Shown: one piece after another, positions 50,080 through 62,327 of the stretch | How the letters are laid out: every line of letters starts with the position of its first letter | Numbering within the stretch: position 1 is the first letter of the stretch | NCBI GenBank assembly: GCA_030704615.1 | Contig: CM060731.1 | Location: 22,630,001-22,694,000 of the forward strand | Source of the DNA: Takakia lepidozioides | Lineage: Eukaryota > Plantae > Bryophyta | Direction of reading: 5' to 3' | DNA: 64,000 bases | The notes under the pieces: generated by a model | Databases searched by the model: none | Told to the model about the DNA's origin: nothing | The model's input: the letters and a program-made list of their open reading frames with translations, nothing else | Position numbers and translations under genes: made by a program

Positions 50080-53000
50080 TTACTGTTTCCGAGTAGCAAA
50101 CCTTTGTGAGTGAGCACCTTGTTGACGTTGAGAGTTTCGTGGTGGGCTGTGTGTACGAGCCCGAGGTCTGTCTCTGGTTGATGGAGATGGTTGATCACTA
50201 CCTGGATTCTGGAGGCTGATATCGAGGTAATCTTTCCGGCATAGGAGATCCCCTTTGTTTCTTCTCTTCCATCTGAATTGCATAGTCTTCTCCCATGTCA
50301 AAAGAATTTTGTGAAGAAACAGTTGTATCAGAATCCTCATCGCCTCTCAGGTTTTAATTTTCGAACTTTTTGTGGAATCATCTGGGGCATACAATGCTGT
50401 CCTACCATGTCTGGAAGTTTGCATTTTACAACCTGGTGTAACCGTTGAACAGCAAAATTGGTGTAGACACTGAGCTCCTTGTCTGTCCAGATGAGTGGGG
50501 TACCAATTACTGGTGCGGCGTGCAAGTATTTCCATGCGATATGTCCCTTATAGAAAATGTCATCAAGTCCGAATTTCTGTGTTGACAAATTGTTGCAGGC
50601 TGCTTGAAACCATGAACGAATTTGAGAATCCTTCTGTATCATAACTTTTGGGTCATATAGGTACATATGAGGTGGCACCGAAGGTAATACCCAATGATCT
50701 CCACTGGAGTAAACTTTGAAAGCGTGCTTGCATCTTTTGTTGCTCATGTGGTAACGTATCAGAAAACAAGCAGCGTAGTATAGCCCGCACCCCATGACAA
50801 TACTTGCTATCTCCTTTGGTCTTGGTATAAATGAGTCCATGTACAACCTGGAAAGCAACCAATTCCCTCAACATGGTACCTGCCTCGTGCCAGTATTGTG
50901 CAAAGTGATGATCTTCAATATGTCGATTGTTTGGAAGAACTTTAGTCCTGGTTGCCACTGGCAGCCAAATACGCATGATTTGGTAGTAATGTGCGAATGA
51001 CTGCGGAGGACTAAATTCTTTCCAAGCCAAATCCAACATGATGGGAATTTGGTTGAAGGGCATAATCATAGCCCTACTGTACTCCCTGGCAGCTGGAGTT
51101 TTAGGTGGGTTAAAAGCTGCATTGCCCCATACCTCCGGCTGTGGTGGCTGTGGTGTGGTTGTAGTAACCACAGGTTCAGCTACTGGTACACTGACCTGTT
51201 GTGGTGGTGGTGGTACTGGTTCCTGTACCATTGGCATCTCCTGCACCTCCTGTGAAGACTGAAAAGCCAGAGTTCTGGCTTGCAAATAAAGCCATTAGCT
51301 GTTCCTGAGGGATATAGACTCTTTGGTCGATGTTTGAAGTGAGGTCTTCCACTTGAGTCTGGAGTCCGTCTACATCCTCTTGTAACTCTGCTATCCTACT
51401 ATAGACATTGTCTATAGTAGTTGTGGCAATGTTCTGCACCTGCAGTCTGAGCTCATTCATCTCGCTTTGGGTGAGCTTCCGTGGGCTTTGCCTTCTACTG
51501 GCCCTTGTGCTAACCAGACCTGCATAAGGCTGTTATCCACCAAGCTGCTTGTGGTTCCCCTGAGAGTTTGCTCCTCTCTTAGCTTATACAATTCCAACTG
51601 CTGTTTGTAAAGCCTTCATGCGCTTCGCCTGTGGCTCAACCAATTGCGCATAGGCAGCAAGTAGATTATTGGCTTCTTTCGAAGCCTTGTTACTGACCGC
51701 GATTTCATTTCTATTGGCCACGATGGTTTGTTGCAACTCCACGATGTATTTCTCTTCTCAGCTTCCATCTGCCTGTATTGCTTGAAAGTATCTTCATTGC
51801 GACAGATTGTATTCTTCATATCGACAATGAGCTTCATGTGCTCCACATTCTCTTCTTCTGCCTTCGTACATTTTTCCGCTTGACTGTTTATTTCTTTGTT
51901 GATTGGTCAAGCATAGTTGTAAATGTAGCGCATTGTATCGCCATCCTGTTATGCACTGTCTGCAACTCCGTATGTAGTGCATTCAGTTCTTGCAACTTGC
52001 TTTCATGCTGCACCTGCATTTGGTATAGCTGTTGCTTATGTGCTTCGTGCAACTGGTCTTGCGCGAGGCCTGCCTCAATCAATTGTTGCTTGGCCAATTG
52101 CAAAGCCATTTCTGTATTGGCCAAGTCCTGCTTCATCTTGAGAGTGACCTCTTCATCGACCTTGTTTGCACACTCAGTGGCAAGTCGAGCCTCAAACTCC
52201 TTCCTGAGTTCTTCTTTCAAGGCTGTCAATTGGGTAATTGGAACATGGGTTTTGACATAAGTCCCAACAAATTAAGTGTCCTGCCTATGGAACTCATCAG
52301 CATTGCCTGTTGAGGGTCATCATGGTGAGGTTGCTGCTGTTCCTCCCGATCTTCAACAGTATGATGTCTCACTAACCCATTCAGACCATTGTCCCACCGG
52401 ATTTCTTCCTGAACTACTTCATTTATGACCGGTGCTACAGTGTCATGGCCTTCCGCCTGTGGTACCTCCGACACAGGTGTGTGCATTATATGTACCTCAG
52501 GATTTCTCTTGGGCAACTGTTGCACCTCTGGGATTTCTGTCTCTTGACCAGACCAGAATATTCATAGAGAAGGTCCCTTTCTCTATTTCTGCCACTATCT
52601 GTTCTGTAGTTGGAATATCTATCCCTTCACTTTCCAAATCAATTATTTCGGTTGAGCTGCATGGATAACTTGTGACCTTGTGACAAGTCGTTTCAAGTGG
52701 CTGTTTGGTTGTGATGCAGAAGTAACTTCTTCTCCTCCCTCTCTGAAGGTCCTGCTTCCAGTAATAACATTCTTTTTGTGCTGCTGTGCCCCTTCCTGGT
52801 CATGAGCTTGGGAAACATTATCATGCGGAATCCGTGAAGCCAGTGGATCCGCCACTACAGTCTTTCCCCTTCTCTGCCTCTTAGTCTCGGGTTGTGCTGC
52901 TAGTCCACCCTCACTGTGTGAAGAGCCTTGCTCTTCCATTGCAGTTGTTTCTGGCTCAAACACTCCCATTTCCTTCCTTTCTTGTGCATTAAGTATGCCA

Positions 53001-53825
53001 GAATAAGGATTATTTGAGCAATGATTGGGCCAGACACTATGATAGGAGATTTTGCGGTAGTACCTTGTAATCTTTTCATCTCCTCTACCAGTGCGTTGTA
53101 CATTATGTCCGCCCATGGTACCTCTTGTCCCTTCAAGCCTTTGAGGATTTCCTCTGTGAAGGATCTGCTCAAATATTGTTGGTTCTGTTTCAGGGCAATC
53201 AGAACGTTCAATACTTGGCCTATGTCTTTTAACCCTGGGTACACAGCTTTGGTACAAGCATAACCCTGAGTTTTAAAGAAACTCCCTTCTTGGAATAAAT
53301 CCCCTATTTGCAGTCTTTCCCTGTGTTCCTCCACATACACATGACCTGCTGGCAATCGAAACAATTGCTGGAGGTATAGGGGAGTAATCATTTAATTCAA
53401 CTCCCTTCACCGTTGTTGTTCCTGTCTTTGGCTCAAAGTTCTGCAAAATTGTAACATGTACTGTCTATGGTGTAGTGTCCAATCCATGCTTTGCAATCCT
53501 TCCAATCTCAGCTCCTTCAGTATCTTATCGCCTGTGGGGTAGCCATCGTTTGTTTCTGCAGAATTGTGGTGCTCTTCACCCTGATTTCCTCCATTCCTCT
53601 CACTCTCTTCATCTTAGACTCACAGAACTGCTTTGGCTGTAACAACTGCAGGAATGCCTGTAGTGCACAAAGCAGAAACGTATGGTTGCCGCAGAAAGCT
53701 ATGGGTAATCTCTTGTAAGCCTGCGGGGCTTGCAAGCATTGTTCAAGAAAAAGCTGCTCTTTCGTTTCGTGTCTCTGCCATTGCGTAAGTAATATTGCGA
53801 GCGTATAGTCTGTTAGTTCCTCCAT
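50080..53825 (-). CDS. Extra (env-position) coding region of the LTR element, frameshifted; plant-transposon-associated domain, then coiled coil, then an unknown globular C-terminal domain
   Basis: Overlapping same-sense ORFs tile the interval: 53517-53834, 52900-53391, 52643-53257, 52226-52525, 51888-52229, 51616-51846, 51176-51460, 50653-51285, 50337-50858, 50080-50340. Confidence 0.65.
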
Positions 53826-54296
53826 AGTTTCCAAGTTATAGCATTTATGGCCTGTCCTGTCGAGACGCCCGTTACTCAGAACGACGCCGCCTCTTGCGCT
53901 TAATTTCCCTCCATTTCTTGATCATTTCTCTGGTTTTCTATTGGCTGTATCCGCTGTGACTGGATTTTAACTTTTATCTTCTTTAGTGGACTTTCCCTGT
54001 TGGATAGTCCACTAGGATCACACATGCGACATGAATTCGTTTTTCTGTACTTGCCGTTCGTTCTGTTTCCCTTTTTCGTATTCATTAATGGGCCCGCCTT
54101 TCATCCCTTTTGACGGCCGTTCTTGTCCTCTTTCTTTTTGACACCTGTCCTTGCACTTCATTCTCTGCTGTGTGTCGCACCCTGACCTCCACGTGTCTAT
54201 TTTTAAATAATTTTCCGTTTCTTCTTCCTTCAGCCATTTTCCTGAAGTTTTTTGTGTCCACTTGTCACTGATTCTATGGATCGTGTAACTTTAGTA

Positions 54297-54495
54297 GGCT
54301 GTGTTGAGCTGTGACAGGCTGTGTCATACTGTGTTACGCTGTGATAGGCTGTGTTGCACTGTGGTAAGCTGTGATAGGCTGTGACACGCTGCGGTAGGTT
54401 GTGATACGTGCTGTGCTGTGTTTGGGCTGTGATAGGCTGTGACCTGATGGGCTGTGATAGGCTGTGTTCCTGTGTGCTGTGATAGGCTGTGTCAC
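54297..54495. repeat. Internal tandem array (GCTGTGATAG/GCTGTG)n
   Basis: Repeated GCTGTG cores, the same hexamer as in the LTR arrays. Confidence 0.85.
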
Positions 54496-54605
54496 GTTTG
54501 TTTTGCCCACCCCGGTCATATATACTGGGCCTAGCGACAAGTGTTCCATACTCCGTTCGTAACACTGGTGCAGCCCGTGACTGCTCTTGCGGTTCAACAT
54601 GCAAA

Positions 54606-57600
54606 TCATGCTGCGGGTTTGTCATGGATACCACTGTACCCCTTCAACTTATTTGCATTGACTCTTCCCAGCATTTCTTTGTTAATGGTTTGTAACATGG
54701 CTGTGTTGTTATCATACATCTTTTGTATGACATAAGGTCCTTTCCATGGTGATTTAAGCTTAGAAGCTTGAATCTTTCCTTTCTTCTGCAACCATCGAAC
54801 CAAATCCCCCGCCCGTCTTAAAAAAGTCTTTAACTGCCTTCATCCACTGTTCCTTTCTCTTTCTTCATCTGAATTCTGGTCATATTATCAGCTGCATCAG
54901 CACGTACTTCTTCCCATGGTACAGTCAATTCATGTTTCCTGACCTTGATGGAGTCTTGTAATTCCATTCTTTTTCCCATTCCCCACTCCGTTCTCATGGT
55001 TGGTAACAGGAATTCCACTGGAAGTAAGGCTTCCATACCATAAACTAATTGGATGGTGTATACTTTGTGGTGACTTTATAGAGATCCTGTATGACCACAA
55101 AGCTGTCAGCAGCTTTGTATCCTCAATCCAATCGTCTGTTTGCATTGACTATTCTTAGCCAAGATAGTACATAGTATTTTGTTTGTAGCCCTGTGCCTGT
55201 CCATTACCAACTGTGGGTAATATGTTGTACTTCGTTCTATGCACATCATAAACTCTTTAGTCAATAACTCAATGGTCTCATTCATGAAGTGACTTCCTTG
55301 ATCACTGATAAATTCTAAGGGGACATCCAAATTCGTGTAAGTATTTTCTCGTACAGGAACCTTGCTGTGGACTTGGCTGTGTTGTTCCCTCAAAAGCTTT
55401 AGCTTCACCCACTTTGTGTATAATCATGGCTGTAATTATGTACCTGTGTTTTGTGTATCTTGGATGGTGGATTAATTGGTCCAACAATCTAGTCCCCATT
55501 TCTGAAATGGTTCCCGTAGGCATTGTAGGATGCAAGGCCATTCTTCCCAGATCTCTGCAAAGGTCCTAGCCTCTGACATTCATCACACTTCTGACAATAC
55601 TCATGTACAATCTTTGAACAACGTAGGCCACCAGTATCCTGCGAGTAGTATCTTTCTACTGGTAGTCTCTTCTCCAAAATGACCTCCAGCCACTCCTTTA
55701 TGAACTTCCTCCAAGACTTTATTTACTTCATGGTGGTACAAGAATCGTTTTAGTACCACCATCTGGTCCTAACTTATACATTCTGCTTCCTACCATAGTA
55801 TAAGGGTAACTTTGATAGTCGATTCTCTTCCTCTGCTCCTTACCATAACTAGGTGGGCACTGACCATGAGCAGGTAGTATCTGATTGGCCACTGCCAATC
55901 TAACCATTCATTCTGCAGCGTCCTTGCACCTCCATTACAAAAACTCGCATCAGGGTAACTGATCGTATCCCTCATCCTGTGGGGCGGCCTCTCCTGTTGT
56001 TAGTCGTGACAAATGATCTGCCACAAGATGCAAACGGCCGGTTTTGTAAATAACCTCGGAACTCAACCTCATGCAAGATTATTAACCACCTCGTTCTATC
56101 CTTCCTCTTATCAAGGTTTGTTCACCAGATATATCAGAGCCTGGTGATCCACATAAAACATAAACTTTCTTCCCAATAGGTAATGCCTGAATTTCTTCAC
56201 TGCATGATTCATTGCCAATGCTTCTCTTTCCGTTGTGGCTATAGTTCCTCTCAGCACTGTTCATAAACCACCGGCTAGCATAGTACACAGGTGAATCTAT
56301 TTCCCTGTAAACATTCTGGGCTAACACCACCGCTCCCAACGTTTCTCACCGATCCCAACTACCCATGCTGATCATCGCAGTGAACATGAACTACTACATG
56401 CCAGTGAGGGTTAATCAGCACAGGTGTAGTTGTACTGACAGTGTAAGTTCCTCAAACGCCTGTTGACATTCAGCTGTCCATTGCAAACACTGGCATCTTT
56501 CTTACTTTCTTCAGAAGGGCTGCTCAATGGTGCTGCTATTTGTGCATACCTTTTGACAAATCTTCTATAATAACTGGTTTGCCCCAAGGAACTCCTTAAA
56601 ACTCTTAAACATTCACTGGTGGTGGAGAGACTTTAATGGACTCTGTCTTCCTGGGATCCACAAGGAGTCCCTTCTTACACACAATGTGTCCCAGAAGCAC
56701 CCCTGAGTTCACACAGAAGAGTACACTTCTCTGGGTTCAAGCCCATTACTCTCATCCTGCATCGTCTGGCCAGGCATAACTCCAATTTATGCAAGTGCTC
56801 ATTCTTAGAGCTGTACACACTGAAATCATCCAAAAACACCTGCTGAAATCATCCAGATACTCTTGAAAAGATTCACTTATCACTCTCTGAAAGGTCGCTG
56901 GTGGCATTACAAAGTCCAAAGGGCATGACTTTGTATGCATAAGCCCCCCAGTCTGTGATGAAAGCTGTTTTCTCTTGGTCTTCTTCTGGCCAGCTTGGCA
57001 CTTGATTATAACCACTGACCCTGAAAGGCTGATCCAATCGAATGAGTACATCTCATGGCCTGCCAAGTGTGCTAATACTGCTTCTGTGAATGGCAAAGGG
57101 AAAGGATCTTTCTTCGTACAAGCAGCAGCTTTTTATAGTTCACACATACTCTAGTTTGCCATTCTTCTTGGGACCTATAACAATGGGTGACAACCAAGTT
57201 GTATACTCTATTGGGTATATAAACTTAGCCTCAGCCAACTTCTTTATCTCTTCCCAACCTGCTGTGCGTAGTTGGGATTCATTCTATAGACCTCTCCGGC
57301 TTGATTGGTACTGTACCCTGGTTCCATTCAATTTTATGCTGACGCGACTTCAGGTGGTATCCCTTTTAGATCCTCATAGCTCCAAGCAAATACATCTCTG
57401 TATTTATGAACAAGCTTTTAGCTTCTTCGAAGACTCTGGCTCCAACTACAGCTCCTACTTTCACCATCTCCGGTTCCTCCTGAGTTCCCACATTTATTCT
57501 CACTTCTCTCAACCTGCTCATCAAGCTGTGATTGTCCAACCAGTCACCACTTCATCCTTTAAGCTCACAGTGGCTGGTTCTTCTAGGATTTCTATTCTCC

Positions 57601-58260
57601 CTCCTTTTCTTCATAGAAATGTGGTGTGTAAACAGTTGGTTTCCTCTTCAGTTGGTTGTTGCTGTCACTACACCACAGGCATATACCTCTCAAACAACTT
57701 AGGCTTTCCAGCCGCATCTCTGCAACCTGCTCCCACTCTGGGTGTGCAGCAAATAGGGTAGCTTCCTGCTCCTCATCCAGTCCTCCCCTCCCAGTCATAC
57801 TCTCTGACTCCTCGAGGTCTTCTTGTAGCAGGTAAGCTACTAGATTTCTTTGTGGTAATTTGTATCTTATCTTGCATCCCATTATGCCCAGTTAGAAACT
57901 GAGAATTCCAGTCATGGAATACCCTTGCCTGTTTCAGGCCATACGGACGTCCCAATAATAAGGAGTAAGCCTCCATGACTTCATCCATTTTTAATACATT
58001 TACTGTGATCATAAAGATCATTTTCTGTATCTGTATCTTAACTCCTCTTATTAATCCCAATGGCTGTACACTTCTTTGATCTGCCATTGTTACTGTAAAT
58101 GGGGCTTGTTTCATGTTACTTAGACCAAGCTTCTGCTTTCTTCCTTAATTGGTCTGTCATGATATTTACTACTCCAGAACCACCATCTATCAGTACATCA
58201 GTTAGTTCTGTGCTTCCAATTCTCAATTGGATTACTGGCATAGAATCATCAAAGTCCATG
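54606..58260 (-). pseudogene. pol (protease, RT, RNase H, integrase), many frameshifts
   Basis: Protease LIDGGSGVNI (~58180). RT: KKDPFPLPFTE...AGHEMYSF, MPFGLCNA, FLDD (~56830). RNase H: PVYYASR...AERNYS, VDHQAL. Integrase: GGHFG...GYWWPT...CQKCDECQ, FISDQGSHF, STTYYPQ, WKGPY. Confidence 0.93.
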
Positions 58261-58869
58261 ACTGTTTCTCGCCGCCTTCCGGCTTCACATTATAACTGGT
58301 CACCTTGCTGTTCAGGTCTGTGTTTCCTGTCTCTTGGGCAATTTCGATTGATTGCCTGATACAGCCTGTGCCTACAATAAGGTGCCACACAAATCTAATA
58401 GCTGTCCAATGGTAATTTCTGCTTTGGTCTGACATATTACTTCAGCCAAAGTCTCTCATTACTTTGCATGTCTGCATCTTCTTTTTTTCCTCCTTCCTCA
58501 CTCCCCTCTTTTTCTCCATCCGAATCAGAGGAATCTGCCACCAAATATCTTACTCTTTTGCATTTCCCTTATAGTATCTGCCACTTCCTTGTGCAGTTCC
58601 TTCTCATCTTTCCAAGTCTCTTCATCTTCAAGGCATATCATTGCCACTTCCATTCTCATCTTCTTCCTCTTCTACTGGAGGTATTAGTTTGGCTTTACTT
58701 CTTGTTACTATCATTGTACTTACTTCTGGTACAACACATGGCCTAACCATGTGAGCTGCCACCACTGGGGCCCTCATTCACAGGAGCTCTCATCTCATTC
58801 TGGTGTCTTATCCAGAATGAACAGGCTGCCTTGCGATGTCCTGGCTGATTACAATAGTAACATAGCTCT

Positions 58870-60754
58870 TCACCATTGGGTCCTCGCCCTTGGTCTGGCT
58901 TGGATTATTTCTATAATCGTGATTCCCGGCTGGTAATTCCCCCTTGGATTACCCTGATAGTTGCCTCTGGAATTTCCTTGGTAATTCCCTCTTGGATTAC
59001 CTCTCCCTTCCATGCCATTGTTATAACCACCAGACCTACCATAGTGGTCCTGATCATTGCTTCTTCTTGGCTGGGGCTGCACCTGATGCACCCTCACTTG
59101 CCTAGGTTCTCTTGCAGCTGTCCTTCTGTTGTAGTAAACATTCTCAGTAGAATGGTTATCCATTTTACAGATAGTACAGTGTTTCTCCTTCATGTGGCAT
59201 TCTGTAGTGGTATGGCCTTCATTCTGGCACTTTGCACACCATACACCCTTCCTCCAATGTGTTGCAGCCTCTGTGGCATACTTCTTCAAGATTTCTTCCA
59301 ATCTTTTCTCATAGTTATCCCTCTTCAACTTTTCCTTTCTCTTACTCTTTCTTTTTAGTTCTTGCTCTTCTTCTTCATCTGACTCATCTTCAGAGTCCTC
59401 ATCTTCTTTTTCTCTCTCTCTGAGCATTCCCAATTGCTCAATTCTGTTTGCAGTTTCAAATGCCTCCTCCACTGTATTATGGGGTAACATATCCACTTTC
59501 TTCTGCAACTCTGGTCTTAGTCCACTCACAAACCAAGTCTTCTGTAAACCGGGTGCTGGTACTGCAGCCAGCTTTTTCATCATCAATTCCATCTTCTCCA
59601 TATACTCTTCAACAGTTTCATGCTTCTTCTGCTTCAGCTGTTGTAAACTTCCATACACTTCATCCTCAGTTTTACTTGTCCTGAACCTATTTCGAAATGC
59701 TGTATTCAAGCCATTCCAGGTTAGGAAATGATTATCAGGGAATCTTGCATACCATTCACTTGCTTTCTTGATAAGTGAACAAAGGAAACAGTCTCATCTT
59801 GGCATCATCGCCATTCTCATTGTTCACTATACACATGTGCTCAAATTGGCTAATGTGTACATCGGGATCCCCTTTTCCTGAATATATTGGAAAGGGTGGT
59901 TTTGCCCGTTTTGGTTGTAACGCCATCTGTGGCCCTACCTTCTGCCCACTGACAGGTGCTGGCACCCTTGCTGGTGCTGGTCCTTCTGGACCTGTTGTTT
60001 TTGTGGTGGATCTTCCACCAAGTGGTGGCCTGAGCACTCCCTGCTTCTGGCCCCACGATATTCACAGTATTCCCAGCTTCAGTTGCACTACTTCCCACAC
60101 TCCCTGTCCCCCCAGAGCCAGATCCAGGCAGCCCGCCTGATCCCCTGAGCCGACACCTTCGTTGGCCTGTGATCCAAGTGCTCCACTTGATCCAGGTCCA
60201 ACGGGTTGGGATGTCCTGGTTGTAGTCTCAACCTCAGCTGTTGGGTCTACTTCTTCATATTCTTCCTCTTCCAATTTCTTCTCTCTGTTTTCATCCTCCA
60301 AGTTCTGCCCTTGGGTTTCTTCTTCACTCATGTAACTCAACTGTAATGGTGTTGGAGAGTCTGAACTCTCCGTTGGCTCTGCCACATCCTCTTCTCCTTC
60401 TTCATCTTCTGCTTCAGAAACTGGAGTTCCTGCTTTTGGTGTTCCATGCCAACTCTTATCAAAGATTTCTGTCAAGTCTTTTATCCAAGGATGTACCTCA
60501 GATCTTTCACCTCGTGATTGATCTTCTTCCTGTACCAATTCCCTTAATCTTTCTTGCAAAGAAACAGAAGGAGTGGCATCCAACTCTAGTTCTTCCGGTA
60601 TAGGTGATGCACTTTTTGATCTTGATGGTGTGAGAGGTCCAGATGATTCCCCTATGTCTATTCCTCTCTCCCAAAGATATGGATAATTAGCTTTCAGATA
60701 GCTTTCTCTTTTTGATGAATATCTCTGTCGTCTAGCTTCTCTTTCATCACTCAT
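58870..60754 (-). pseudogene. gag (acidic N-terminus, capsid, zinc knuckles), frameshifted
   Basis: FPIYSGKGDPDVHISQFE, LKQKKHETVEEY, WFVSGLRPEL, CAKCQNEGHTTTEC, CTICKMDNHSTE and RGNYQGN repeats. Confidence 0.9.
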
Positions 60755-60775
60755 GTCCCATGTCTTTCATTTATT

Positions 60776-61340
60776 TTAATGTGGCAATAACCAAAACTCT
60801 CTTCTGTAATATCTCTCGTATATGCCTGGATTTCTTTCAAGCTTCAATGCACCCTTGGCTATACTTGAAGTCTCCGTTACCATATAACCATATGGCAAAC
60901 AAGTCTGAAAAGCTGTTCTTGGTGTGAGTTTGATCCACAAAATATCCTTTGGAATCCAATTCTTTACCAGTACAATCTCTTCATGCATATGAGTATAAAC
61001 ATTCACCTTTCTTTCTTCCCAGCCTTCAAACTCTACTCGTTTAATGGATAGCAACGCTATCACATAAACTAATGTGGTAACCAACGTGCTCTTCCTCTAC
61101 AGGCTACCTGATAAATCTTTATCACTCCTTTCTCCAGACCCCATTCTGGATCAGCATCATGCACTCGTTTAAGAATATTTTCTTTACATCCGTCTGGCAA
61201 TTCCAAGAACCTTTGAAAGAATTGTTTGGACAATCTTTCTTCCTTCGTTCCACAGGGAATTTGATTCACTTCAAATTCTCTAATGGTCCAACCACCATGA
61301 TCCCACCAGATGCCTGTCACATCTGGTTGTTCATGTCCCA
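60776..61340 (-). CDS. Possible extra ORF between PBS and gag (two overlapping frames)
   Basis: ORFs 61069-61470 and 60776-61084 overlap on the element's sense strand and have protein-like composition. No family recognised. Confidence 0.4.
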
Positions 61341-61342
61341 GT

Positions 61343-61360
61343 TCCCCAGTATGGTCGCCA
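61343..61360 (-). promoter_or_regulatory. Primer binding site, tRNA-Arg type
   Basis: Minus strand TGGCGACCATACTGGGGA, 2 nt after the 5' LTR. It resembles the complement of plant tRNA-Arg 3' ends. Confidence 0.75.
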
Positions 61361-61362
61361 AA

Positions 61363-62327
61363 TGTCGCGCGGCTTTTACTCACCCATCCCTTCGCTATCC
61401 GAGGCGGAAACTCCAAGATAGAAGAGTTGGAAATCTCTAAGTACTCAGCCCGCGCAGAACAATCAGTCATGACCTACAACTAGTGTATCATGGGGGTGTT
61501 TCCTATTTGTTTCCTTTTCCGCATTCATCTTAGCTACCTTACCATTGATAATTAAGTATCAGTTTGCTTCATCAATTTATCGGTTTCCTTCACTCCTCCA
61601 TTCAATCCACAGCTTCACTCAGATCTCTCTACACAGTGTGATTGTATCGTATAAGTATCAGATTATGATTTATCAGGTATCAGGCCGAAGCCATTGTGTC
61701 TCTATTCTCCTCTACAATATCCCTACAGCTTTGCATATAACAAGCATCTATTAATCCTCTTTCCTCCTTCATCGTGCTCACCGACTTCCGCTCCCGCCTG
61801 ACTCCCAAGTCCTCCCCGAATAATGATAATAATCCTCCCCGTATCATTCCCCGTTCTTCCCTTTATCCTCCTATCCGCGGTTCTAACCGTTTCCCTCTCT
61901 AACCGTCGTATGTGAACTAACATGTTCCCTTCACTGGTGTTGTTCCCCACAGTCATTCCCTGTCCTACTCTTCATTCCCTATTATCGTGACAGCTGTGTC
62001 AAGCGGTGACTGGCTGTGTTTGGCTGTGTCGGGCTGTGACTGGCTGTGTGGCTGTGCCGGGCTGTGACTGGCTGTGTGGGCTGTGTCTGCTGTGACGACT
62101 GTGACGGGCTGTGTGGGCTGTGTGGGCTGTGACTGCTGTGTGGGCTGTGTGGGCTGTGACGGCTGTGTGGGCTGTGACGACTGTGTCGGGCTGTGTTGGC
62201 TGTGTAACCCCCCTCTACAGTGCGCTGCTGTCACCCCTAAGGTTCCTGTTTGTCTCAGTCTGTGCAAAAATTAAGGGTACCCTACAGATCCCGTATAAGT
62301 GTCTAAGTCCCCTACCGTTCTCTAACA
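61363..62327 (-). repeat. 5' LTR (965 bp)
   Basis: Direct repeat of 49073-50041, with a GCTGTG array at ~61993-62204. Confidence 0.96.

Larger units (their letters stand above)
49073..62327 (-). mobile_element. Full-length Ty3/Gypsy non-chromovirus LTR retrotransposon (13.25 kb) with extra ORFs 5' of gag and 3' of integrase
   Basis: TG..CA LTRs at 49073-50041 and 61363-62327, 5-bp TSD GTATT (49068-49072 and 62328-62332), PBS, PPT, and domain order gag-PR-RT-RH-INT. Confidence 0.96.

Noticed and set aside
50080-53825. Retroviral-type envelope gene
   Set aside because: It occupies the env position, but I see no signal peptide, furin site or clear C-terminal TM anchor. There is only one short hydrophobic stretch, at a frameshift.
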